Below are positions 30,867 to 38,257 of a DNA stretch of 64,000 bases, piece by piece. Under the pieces are notes generated by a model. The model was not told the origin of the DNA, made no database searches, and saw only the letters and a program-made list of their open reading frames with translations. Location of the stretch: IMG/VR virus record IMGVR_UViG_3300011008_000003; one strand, written 5' to 3'. The translations under genes were made by a program, and so were the position numbers. The stretch's first letter is position 1; each line of letters opens with the position of its first letter. Source of the stretch: a virus. Taxonomy: Duplodnaviria > Heunggongvirae > Uroviricota > Caudoviricetes.

Positions 30867-30944
30867 TAGTACTCGATAAAGGATTCGAACCTATGACTTA
30901 CGCTTAGTCGAAGCGTCACTCTGAACCAACTGAGTTAATCGAGT
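30867..30944 (-). tRNA. tRNA-Val(GAC)
   Basis: Loop TC-GAC-TA. Confidence 0.8.
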
Positions 30945-30945
30945 A

Positions 30946-31020
30946 TAGTAGCGGCGTCGGGAATCGAACCCGAATGCCAGGATTGAAGGTCCCGTGAACT
31001 AACCATTATTCTACGTCGCC
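30946..31020 (-). tRNA. tRNA-Glu(UUC)
   Basis: Loop CC-TTC-AA. Confidence 0.8.
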
Positions 31021-31026
31021 ATATTT

Positions 31027-31102
31027 TAGTAGTCCTATACAGATTCGAACTGTAGTAACTTGGCTGAGAACCAAGTGGCCTTGACCGCTAGCCGATAGAA
31101 CC
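31027..31102 (-). tRNA. tRNA-Glu(CUC)
   Basis: Loop TT-CTC-AG. Confidence 0.85.
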
Positions 31103-31106
31103 ATAT

Positions 31107-31184
31107 TAGTGCCCCCGGCAGGAATCGAACCTGCGACGCTTGGATCTTCAGTCCAACGCTCTACCAAAACTGAGCTACAGAGGC
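31107..31184 (-). tRNA. tRNA-Phe(GAA)
   Basis: Loop CT-GAA-GA. Confidence 0.9.
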
Positions 31185-31185
31185 A

Positions 31186-31262
31186 TATTACCAGGCTCGG
31201 AATCGAACCGAGAATCTTTTGTCCTTCCGAACAAACGCTCTTACCATTTGAGCTAACCCAGC
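31186..31262 (-). tRNA. Atypical tRNA, anticodon undetermined (8-nt loop or GGAA tetraloop)
   Basis: Normal D and T arms; TTTGT-TCGGAAGG-ACAAA. Confidence 0.55.
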
Positions 31263-31263
31263 A

Positions 31264-31341
31264 TAGTGGAGGCAGCTGGAATTGAACCAACTTAGAGAGG
31301 AACATTCTATGCAAAGATTGCGGAAAGTAACCTTTGCCCCC
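31264..31341 (-). tRNA. Atypical Ala-type tRNA-like RNA
   Basis: Acceptor GGGGGCA/TGCCTCC-A with G3:U70; T arm present, D and anticodon arms irregular. Confidence 0.45.
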
Positions 31342-31343
31342 AT

Positions 31344-31420
31344 TAGTGGATCCAGTGGTATTCGAAACCACAACCTTCGGTGTGCAAAACCGACGCTCTG
31401 CCAAATTGAGCTATGAACCC
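31344..31420 (-). tRNA. tRNA-Ala(UGC)
   Basis: Loop TT-TGC-AC. Confidence 0.85.
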
Positions 31421-31426
31421 ATATTT

Positions 31427-31504
31427 TCGTGGACCTGACGAGACTCGAACTCGTAAACCTTCTGCTTGCAAAGCAGTTGCGCTACCAAATTGCGCCACAA
31501 GCCC
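31427..31504 (-). tRNA. tRNA-Ala(UGC)
   Basis: Loop TT-TGC-AA. Confidence 0.85.
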
Positions 31505-31552
31505 AAAAATAAAACTGACCTTACTCATCTCAACGCGTACTATTGACTTTCG

Positions 31553-31627
31553 GTTAGCGCATACGGGATTCGAACCCGTGACCAGCGGCCTTCACACCGC
31601 TTGTTCTACCGCCGAACAAAATGCGTT
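31553..31627 (-). tRNA. tRNA-Phe(GAA), divergent
   Basis: GTGAAG in anticodon loop, T arm GGTTCGAATCC. Confidence 0.6.
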
Positions 31628-31635
31628 ATCAGTTT

Positions 31636-31712
31636 TAGTGGACACATATGGGATTCGAACCCATGACGTTTTCCCTGCCAGGGAAACATTCTACCAACTG
31701 AATTAATGGCCC
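31636..31712 (-). tRNA. tRNA-Ala(GGC)
   Basis: Loop CT-GGC-AG. Confidence 0.8.
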
Positions 31713-31720
31713 ATGATTTT

Positions 31721-31797
31721 TAGTAGCGCTGTCGGGACTTGAACCCGAATTTCCGACTTGAAAGGCCGGTGAACTAAACCAGTTATTCGACAGCGCC
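31721..31797 (-). tRNA. tRNA-Glu(UUC)
   Basis: Loop CT-TTC-AA. Confidence 0.85.
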
Positions 31798-31806
31798 ATA
31801 GTTTGT

Positions 31807-31883
31807 TCGTGGACAAGACGGAATTCGAATCCGTGACCTCCGCATTGCAGGTGCGGCGTTCTACCAAACTGAACTACAAGCCC
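31807..31883 (-). tRNA. tRNA-Ala(UGC)
   Basis: Loop CC-TGC-AA. Confidence 0.8.
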
Positions 31884-31887
31884 ATAT

Positions 31888-31963
31888 TAGTACTCCGTCC
31901 CGGATTCGAACCGGGGTTATCCGATAGAAAGTCGGATGGCTTAAACCGCTGGCCGAACGGAGC
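31888..31963 (-). tRNA. tRNA-Glu(UUC)
   Basis: Loop CT-TTC-TA. Confidence 0.85.
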
Positions 31964-31971
31964 ATATTTTA

Positions 31972-32047
31972 TAGTGCCAAGTTCCGGAGTCGAACCGGAT
32001 TTCTGGGATTTTCAGTCCCGTCCATTCCCACGATTGGATGCCATGGC
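31972..32047 (-). tRNA. tRNA-Phe(GAA)
   Basis: Loop CT-GAA-AA. Confidence 0.8.
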
Positions 32048-32049
32048 AT

Positions 32050-32080
32050 AAAAGAAAGGTTCCTGTTGTGCACAGGAACC
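32050..32080 (-). terminator. Attenuator terminator, tRNA operon 5
   Basis: GGTTCCTGT-GCACA-ACAGGAACC followed by TTTCTTTT. Confidence 0.85.
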
Positions 32081-32110
32081 GTAAATTCTTCATACTCTTA
32101 GGTAATCGCT

Positions 32111-32218
32111 TTACTTGAACCTGTGCACTGAATTGTCAATCGCAAATACACGTTCTGCAAATTCTGCAATACGTTCTGCTGCGACCGCGATGAATTCAAT
32201 GTTAAAGTTCTTGTTCAT
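32111..32218 (-). CDS. Leader peptide 5, MNKNFNIEFIAVAAERIAEFAERVFAIDNSVHRFK
   Basis: AAAGG RBS; Phe, Glu, Ala, Val, Ile(ATY) codons match downstream tRNAs. Confidence 0.85.
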   Translation of the reverse strand: MNKNFNIEFIAVAAERIAEFAERVFAIDNSVHRFK

Positions 32219-32398
32219 TTTGTTACCTTTTATATTATATATAAAAATGTTTTTCCTGTTTTCGCAAAATAGATTCGGCCAATGGACTCCATCCAAAGTT
32301 TTACGTTAGCGCTGCACCGAATCATCTGATGCATCAGTTATGTTTAAAATATAGTAAAAAGTTTTTGGTTTGTCAACCCTCTTTTTAAAATATTTTTT

Positions 32399-32517
32399 TA
32401 GGCGGCGAGACTGGACTCGAACCAGCAACCCAAAGTACCCATTAAATAGGAATCATCGGTGCTAGAAAGCGGATAATAAAATATAAACTTTTGCTCTACC
32501 ATTGAGCTACCCGCCGC
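32399..32517 (-). ncRNA. tRNA body whose anticodon loop is replaced by a circularly permuted scaffold motif
   Basis: Canonical D and T arms; insert TTATCCGCT-TTCT-AGCACCGATGATTCCTATT. Confidence 0.6.
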
Positions 32518-32522
32518 ATATT

Positions 32523-32587
32523 GTTAAAGCGGAATGTAAGTAAACAATAAAGGAAGTTTTTGAATAGGAACATTCATTTGCTTTAAC
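32523..32587 (-). ncRNA. GUUCCUAU scaffold RNA with unstructured insert
   Basis: AGCA-AAT-GAATGTTCCTATT...TACATTC-CGCT. Confidence 0.55.
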
Positions 32588-32635
32588 GGTTGTAAATATA
32601 GTAAAGATTGTTTGGTTTGTCAACCCCCTTTTTAA

Positions 32636-33242
32636 TTAAAATGCGTTAAAGAATTTTCGCACTTTATCAATCCAGGTAGGAAGCGTCCAACGCTGTTCAA
32701 TCTTTCGGCCATCAGGCAAGATGGTCGTTTTATAATAGGTCTTGTAATCCCAAGTTCTATGATCGTCATAATGGATTTCAGCATTATTTTCTTCATCATA
32801 CTGGCGATAACTATCAGACACATAGTTTTGATTTCCTGTATGCGGATAATAAAAATTATGATATTCACGTTCGTAAATAACACGATTCTTGTCATCATAA
32901 GTATAATATGTAAGAGACACGCTTTCGTCAGAACGGTTTTCATGCTTCATGTAGAAAACATGCTTAATACAGCGGTTCTTGCTGTCATATTCATTAAATT
33001 CGCGATGTAATTCTGTAATATTATTATGTACCGACACGACATATTCATGAGACAACCGGTTATTGTTTTCGTCAAATGTCGAATTAGTATAGTATGAACC
33101 GCGTTCTTCGTCCGGATAAATAACCGATGAATGAATAACATTGCCGCGTTCATCCTTAACTTCGGTACGTGTATCGGCTGGGGATACAACCTTGACACCA
33201 TTATCGATAATCGTATAGCTTTTATCGGGATTCTGCCAGTTT
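32636..33242 (-). pseudogene. YD-repeat-like reading frame lacking a good start codon
   Basis: Frame stays open about 60 codons upstream of the TTG at 33055, with the same xDExxN repeats, back to a TAA. Confidence 0.45.
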
Positions 33243-33445
33243 TAAAATCAAAAAATGTGTCTGATACGATTCACGCACCTTTTTAGAAGACTTAGACACA
33301 AAATTTATAAGCCTTGAGCGGACACGTTACACCTAATACGCTCATAGCCGACCCATTCTCCAGGGTTAGGGCCTATATGTCAAGTATCATTGCGCATTGA
33401 TAATCCGGGTGAAGACTCCAGATACACATAGGACTTTTTAAAAGC

Positions 33446-33517
33446 TTGGCGGGAAGTAGACCTTCAAATTAGCATTTTGATGCTCTTACTGAGCTAAATA
33501 GGAACTTCCTATGCCAA
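33446..33517 (-). ncRNA. GUUCCUAU scaffold carrying D arm plus Ser(GCU) anticodon arm
   Basis: TAGCTCAGTAAGAGCA-TCAAA-ATGCTAA-TTTGA-AGGTC, ends CCCGCCA. Confidence 0.65.
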
Positions 33518-33624
33518 AATTTTTCGGATATTAATATTTTACTATCAATATCCGGTTAGAATCACCTACAATTTATAGTTTGACGAGAACCGAATTGTTT
33601 GCTTTCTAACTGATGTTTTCGTAC

Positions 33625-33696
33625 TAGCGGGTCTTGGACTCGAACCAAGGACTTTTGGGTTATGGGCCCAAATTGCTACCACTGCATCAACCCGCG
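33625..33696 (-). tRNA. Initiator-type tRNA-fMet(CAU)
   Basis: GGG/CCC anticodon stem, unpaired C1. Confidence 0.8.
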
Positions 33697-33865
33697 TCAA
33701 AATAAACTCAAAAATATGGTAAGTGGCCGACACTGTTCAAGACACGCATTCAGTTCCTCGTGCACTAGGCAGAACTCTGGAATTTACTTAGTGTCGGCCT
33801 TAAGGCACACTTACCGTACCTGCAGTCTTTTCGTTTTAAGTAGAAAGAAAATATATGTAAAAATA

Positions 33866-33977
33866 AACTCAGTTGCTTTAAAGTAGAAGAACCTGAAATA
33901 ACTCGGCTGCTTTGAAGTAGAAGAGCTTTGAAATAACTCAGTTGCTTTGAAGTAGAAGAACCTGAAATAACTCAGTT
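33866..33977. repeat. About 3.3 tandem copies of a 34-35 nt unit
   Basis: AACTCAGTTGCTTTGAAGTAGAAGAACCTGAAAT repeated with no spacers. Confidence 0.85.
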
Positions 33978-34132
33978 TTTTGTGGAAACCTTGAAAAACC
34001 ATTTTCAAACACTCTGCCGGAATCCCGATTCTCCACCGGCCATGACGTCTATCAACTGCCCATTCTATCGGTCGACTTCTTATAGGGTACAAACTCCGTC
34101 ATCTAGCAATTTATTGATCGTCTAGCTATATC

Positions 34133-34870
34133 TTATATTAATTAAAAACTGCTTAATGGAACACTTCCGGACTTATCTATTTATATGCAACCAAGGATCC
34201 TGTCCTAAAAATGCAGCGTATAAGGCTTTTTAACCGATATAGGGGCACATGTTCTGTACTGGAACCAGCCCACGTACATATCGTCCACAAGCAGTTTTTA
34301 ATTAACATAATACTCTCTATACTCCGCCTGATATAGATTCAGTGCTTAACAGGTTCTCAATAGGAGCTACCTATACAAAAGGCTACAAACCATTTGCCTA
34401 ACATATACTTTAAATATGTCCAGTTGTTGAACCCGTCGGGCGTTATAGGTTCCGGGCGATAAACACAGCACGTTACCGGGACTTCAGAGAAAGCATTCAA
34501 TGTGTGTTCATTGATTTTCTCACGCACTTAAGTAAAACACGTTACAGTCCATATGCTTACAGGCATCCTAATTACAAGGACCGATTAAGAAGTACAACTG
34601 GTGGTTAACCCAGAATTTCTCTTCGCGCACTCTTATTTCAAGTGGCCTCACGTGGCATATTTACAGAGCCAATACTACTCCTTTGCGACCATCATTCTTA
34701 AATCCATAATTCGCAAAGTCAGATTCCTCATCCCAGAGTTTTCCCCATCTGGGTTAGCCCGCTAGCATGAACATGAATGGTGCAACACGGGTTCTCCTCA
34801 CATATAGACTATACTCAATTTCGTTCTTTCAATCTACTGAAACACTCGCTGGTGTTTCAATCATTTACGT
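34133..34870 (-). ncRNA. Large structured ncRNA candidate(s)
   Basis: Promoter at about 34875-34904 then over 700 nt without a credible ORF and with many hairpins. Confidence 0.55.
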
Positions 34871-34926
34871 CTTATAATATAGTAAATGTTCTTGTGTTCG
34901 TCAACCCTTTTTTATAAAAAAATTTT

Positions 34927-35457
34927 TTATGCCAGGATTATAAGCTCTGCAAGTCTGCGACATGGTTCAGGAATATCCTTACGCTTCAGAAGCATTTCAC
35001 AGACATTCTGATACATTCTCTTCTTTGCATTTTCCTTTGGTTGGTCCCAAGAATTATAAACCATATCGGCAAGCTTAATCAACAAAGCATCCTTCGAAAT
35101 CGAACACAGCTTTTCGGTCATATATTCGGTCTTACCGAGTTGGTCAATGATATGACGGTTATTTGTCAATTCCAAAACCAGTTCTGCTACTTCTTCGCTA
35201 CCAGAAATGACTGCGATTTCTTCATAAGACGTATCAGTATCTTCCAAAAGGTCATGACCGAAGGCGGCGTTAATCTGGTCGATTGTTCCACCATATTTCT
35301 TGACAAGCCAAGCGACTCCGCGAGGATGAACGAAATACGGCATTCCGCTGCCCTTACGAGCCGCATGTGCATGCCTACCCTTCGCAAAGTAATACATGGC
35401 TCGACATTCTACAGGAAAATCCTGCGATTTGGATTTCTTAAACATTGCGCTAAACAT
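34927..35457 (-). CDS. Small alarmone hydrolase-like HD protein (RelA/SpoT HD, Mesh1-like)
   Basis: H...RK.SG.PY.VHP, HDLLEDT, LT, IKLAD..N. Confidence 0.85.
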   Translation of the reverse strand: MFSAMFKKSKSQDFPVECRAMYYFAKGRHAHAARKGSGMPYFVHPRGVAWLVKKYGGTIDQINAAFGHDLLEDTDTSYEEIAVISGSEEVAELVLELTNNRHIIDQLGKTEYMTEKLCSISKDALLIKLADMVYNSWDQPKENAKKRMYQNVCEMLLKRKDIPEPCRRLAELIILA

Positions 35458-35690
35458 TAATTGCTCCTTGGTTATATAAAACAATATAGAAAAGGGCTGA
35501 CGTTCTGTCAACCCTTTTTCATAAAATAAACGGCGGGAGATTCATTTAGGTGATAAAGTAGCTATCTCTAACACCCATCGCAATTAGACATCAGCACACT
35601 ATCATATGTACACTCAAATAGCATACTGTAATAATCAAAGAAAAACCCTAAGAAACGGTCATGCGATGTATTGTTACCATTAGATGGTTT

Positions 35691-35766
35691 TAGCGCTGGT
35701 GGAGGGATCCGAACCCCCGACCGGCTGATTACAAATCAGCTGCTCTACCTGCTGAGCTACACCAGC
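35691..35766 (-). tRNA. tRNA-Thr(UGU)
   Basis: Loop TT-TGT-AA. Confidence 0.9.
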
Positions 35767-35993
35767 AAAAGGTGATATATATGGTGATTAACCCACTAAC
35801 GGACTATATCTGCCGGATAAGGTATGTACTAACGCCTCGTTACCTCTATCAGAACCATCGCTTCGTGATGTAAGGCGAATCAAAACTTGGGTTCCTTACA
35901 CGCTTTTGGAAATCACCCACGAAGAATAAGTCTCCATTGTCTGCATGAAATCCCACTTTCATGTATTTACTGTTGTATGACTTTAGACTATTT

Positions 35994-36069
35994 TATCGGA
36001 GTAGCCAGATTCGAACTGACGACATTCTGCTCCCAAAGCAGACGCTCTACCAGACTGAGCTACACTCCG
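35994..36069 (-). tRNA. tRNA-Pro(UGG)
   Basis: Loop TT-TGG-GA. Confidence 0.9.
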
Positions 36070-36077
36070 GAAATTTT

Positions 36078-36160
36078 TAGCTGTTCCACCTGGACTCGAA
36101 CCAGGGACCAGGGACCAAGCGATTAACAGTCGCTCGCTCTACCAACTGAGCTATGGAACA
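36078..36160 (-). tRNA. tRNA-Asn(GUU) with 7-nt duplication in the variable region
   Basis: Loop CT-GTT-AA; GGTCCCT twice. Confidence 0.8.
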
Positions 36161-36220
36161 ATCTTGTATTAACAAATATAGCAATTAATGTTCTACTTGT
36201 CAACCCATAAAATAATTTTT

Positions 36221-36299
36221 TCGCGCCTGGTGAGAGATTCGAACTCCCGACCGGATGATTACTAAACATCTGCTCTAAAGCCAGCTGAGCTAACCAGGC
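36221..36299 (-). tRNA. tRNA-Thr(AGU)
   Basis: Loop TT-AGT-AA. Confidence 0.8.
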
Positions 36300-36306
36300 A
36301 AAAATT

Positions 36307-36376
36307 TGGCGGGTCGTAAAACCTTTTGATTACCAATCAACTGCTCATCTGAGCTAAATAGGAACGACCTATGCCA
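36307..36376 (-). ncRNA. GUUCCUAU scaffold carrying D arm plus Thr(GGU) anticodon arm
   Basis: TAGCTCAGATGAGCA-GTTGA-TTGGTAA-TCAAA-AGGTT, ends CCCGCCA. Confidence 0.65.
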
Positions 36377-36377
36377 T

Positions 36378-36462
36378 TATCAGGGTAGCAGGATTCGAAC
36401 CTGCGATGTCACGAGGACGCTAGCTCCCGAAGCTAGTGGCAAACCAACCTGCCGCTACCCTG
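36378..36462 (-). tRNA. tRNA-Pro(CGG), long variable arm
   Basis: Loop TT-CGG-GA. Confidence 0.75.
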
Positions 36463-36473
36463 TTTTAATTTGT

Positions 36474-36549
36474 TCGTCAGAGTGGCTGGGCTCGAACCAG
36501 CGACCCCTCGCATCCTAGGCGAGCTCTCTACCAACTGAGTTACACTCTG
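36474..36549 (-). tRNA. tRNA-Pro(AGG)
   Basis: Loop CT-AGG-AT. Confidence 0.8.
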
Positions 36550-36603
36550 ATAAAGTCACTACTTGGACAACTGGCGGAAAGTACGCACGCTCCGTGAGTG
36601 ACT

Positions 36604-36681
36604 TAGCTCCAAGGGAAGGATTCGAACCTCCGAAATCTGACACGTTAACAGCGTGCTGGCATACCGCTTGCCGACCCTGGA
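36604..36681 (-). tRNA. tRNA-Asn(GUU)
   Basis: Loop CT-GTT-AA. Confidence 0.85.
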
Positions 36682-36687
36682 ATAAAT

Positions 36688-36763
36688 TAGCTGGGAAGGA
36701 GGGATTCGAACCCCCAACATAGTGGTTAACAGCCACCCGTTCTACCATTAGAACTACGACCCA
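36688..36763 (-). tRNA. tRNA-Asn(GUU)
   Basis: Loop CT-GTT-AA. Confidence 0.85.
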
Positions 36764-36769
36764 ATGTAT

Positions 36770-36808
36770 AAAAAAGAAATCCTGTATGGTTTCAATCATA
36801 CAGGACTT
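36770..36808 (-). terminator. Attenuator terminator, tRNA operon 6
   Basis: AAGTCCTGTATG-loop-CATACAGGATTT followed by CTTTTTT. Confidence 0.85.
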
Positions 36809-36835
36809 ATCAAAAAAATCGGTATATGAAGAAAC

Positions 36836-36898
36836 CTAATCCAAAAGCACTCCTGGATTCGTCGGATTAGTATTATTTGTGTTCTTCATAAAAGTCAT
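36836..36898 (-). CDS. Leader peptide 6, MTFMKNTNNTNPTNPGVLLD
   Basis: Asn, Thr, Pro codons match downstream tRNAs. Confidence 0.85.
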   Translation of the reverse strand: MTFMKNTNNTNPTNPGVLLD

Positions 36899-36952
36899 TT
36901 TCTTATCTCTTTATATTATATATAAAAGTTTTTTCCTGTTTTTCGCAAAAAT

Positions 36953-37013
36953 AAACAGCGGGCAGTAAGAACCATAAACCAAAGGAGTAAAATAGGAACT
37001 GCGTATGCTGTTT
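36953..37013 (-). ncRNA. GUUCCUAU scaffold RNA with unstructured insert
   Basis: ACAGCA-TAC-GCAGTTCCTATT...TACTGC-CCGCTGT, right after a promoter. Confidence 0.55.
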
Positions 37014-37063
37014 TGTTTTACATGTTATAATATAGTAAATGTTTTTGTGTTTGTCAACCCTTT

Positions 37064-38254
37064 TTAATCAACTTTTTTAACATTTTTTATTTCGACTTGT
37101 TTTGCAAAATATTCAAACATTTCGATTGCCGCTTGAGGATATTCTTTCGGATAATTCCTGGACCAGTTATAGAAAACAAGCTGAAGCATTTTTGTCAAAT
37201 GTTTGCTATTAATAAATTCTACATTGGTCAAATAAGAAATCATCTGCGTAATATCATTTTGGGTGGTTCCGACATCATCTGTTATCTTACGATAGACATT
37301 AAACATTTTCTGCCGTACCGATACGACATATTTCTTATACTTGTTCAGATAATATCTTAAAGTAAACATATAGTTTACGTATTCATATTTATCTTTACCG
37401 TAGAAAATTGTCGCTGACGATTTCAAGTTTCGTGAAATATGCAAGATAGCGACTTTCTTTCCGTTAATGTCGCATCTTACATAGTAATCGCCAGGATATG
37501 CATTCTTCGTCTCAATCGAATATTCAGACTGATATTCGACAAATTCACAATCTTTACCGAGAACTTCGGTACAGGTTTTTCTAAAAGAATCGGGCGTAAT
37601 CATAGTTTATGTTCTTCCAAAATATTCAAAATATCTTTTCATACAGTTAGTAAGTCTTTTCTGAGTACCTTTACTTACCTCCTCATAAGACTTTAACTGT
37701 GCTTCTTTTATTTTTTTACGATTGACAATAAGATCTCCAATAGATTCGACTATCATCCAACCAATAGCTATCGCAATGATAATAGGACCAAGAAGAATAC
37801 AAATTCCTTCTGAAACTATTTTTTCAGCAATATTGTCAAATTTACAAGTCTTATCCGGAATAATAATACATGCCATTATAATGGTAGAAATAATACAGTA
37901 AACTATTAATGCGGTCAACATATTTTATTTCTCATAATTATTCACACTGATGTTTCTTACGTCACAATAACGAAAAACTTTAATCTGGTGCGGATCATGT
38001 TTATTATAAAATCTATTTGTACCGCCGAAACCAAAAACATCTTCTCGTTCCCAATCCTTCATAGAAAGTAATTCACAACGATTACCGCTGTATTTGGGAC
38101 AAATCTGATATGTATCTGGTTCAGGTGCAGGTTCATGATAATATATGATACCGCATATAGGGCTTACTATAAGTATTGAACAGATATAAACAACTTTCCA
38201 TTCAGAAAAATGCTTAATGACTGGTCTGAAAAGACGGTACAAATAGTTTTTCAT
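37064..38254 (-). other. Three hypothetical genes
   Basis: ORFs 37064-37603, 37607-37921, 37925-38254. Confidence 0.55.
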
Positions 38255-38257
38255 AGG

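Noticed and set aside
31006-32051. ORFs overlapping tRNA clusters (also 11014-11340, 13981-14784, 20984-21701, 36515-36799)
   Set aside because: They run through tRNA genes, lack RBS and have no protein-like composition.
33866-33977. CRISPR array
   Set aside because: Repeats are directly adjacent with no unique spacers, and no cas genes are present.
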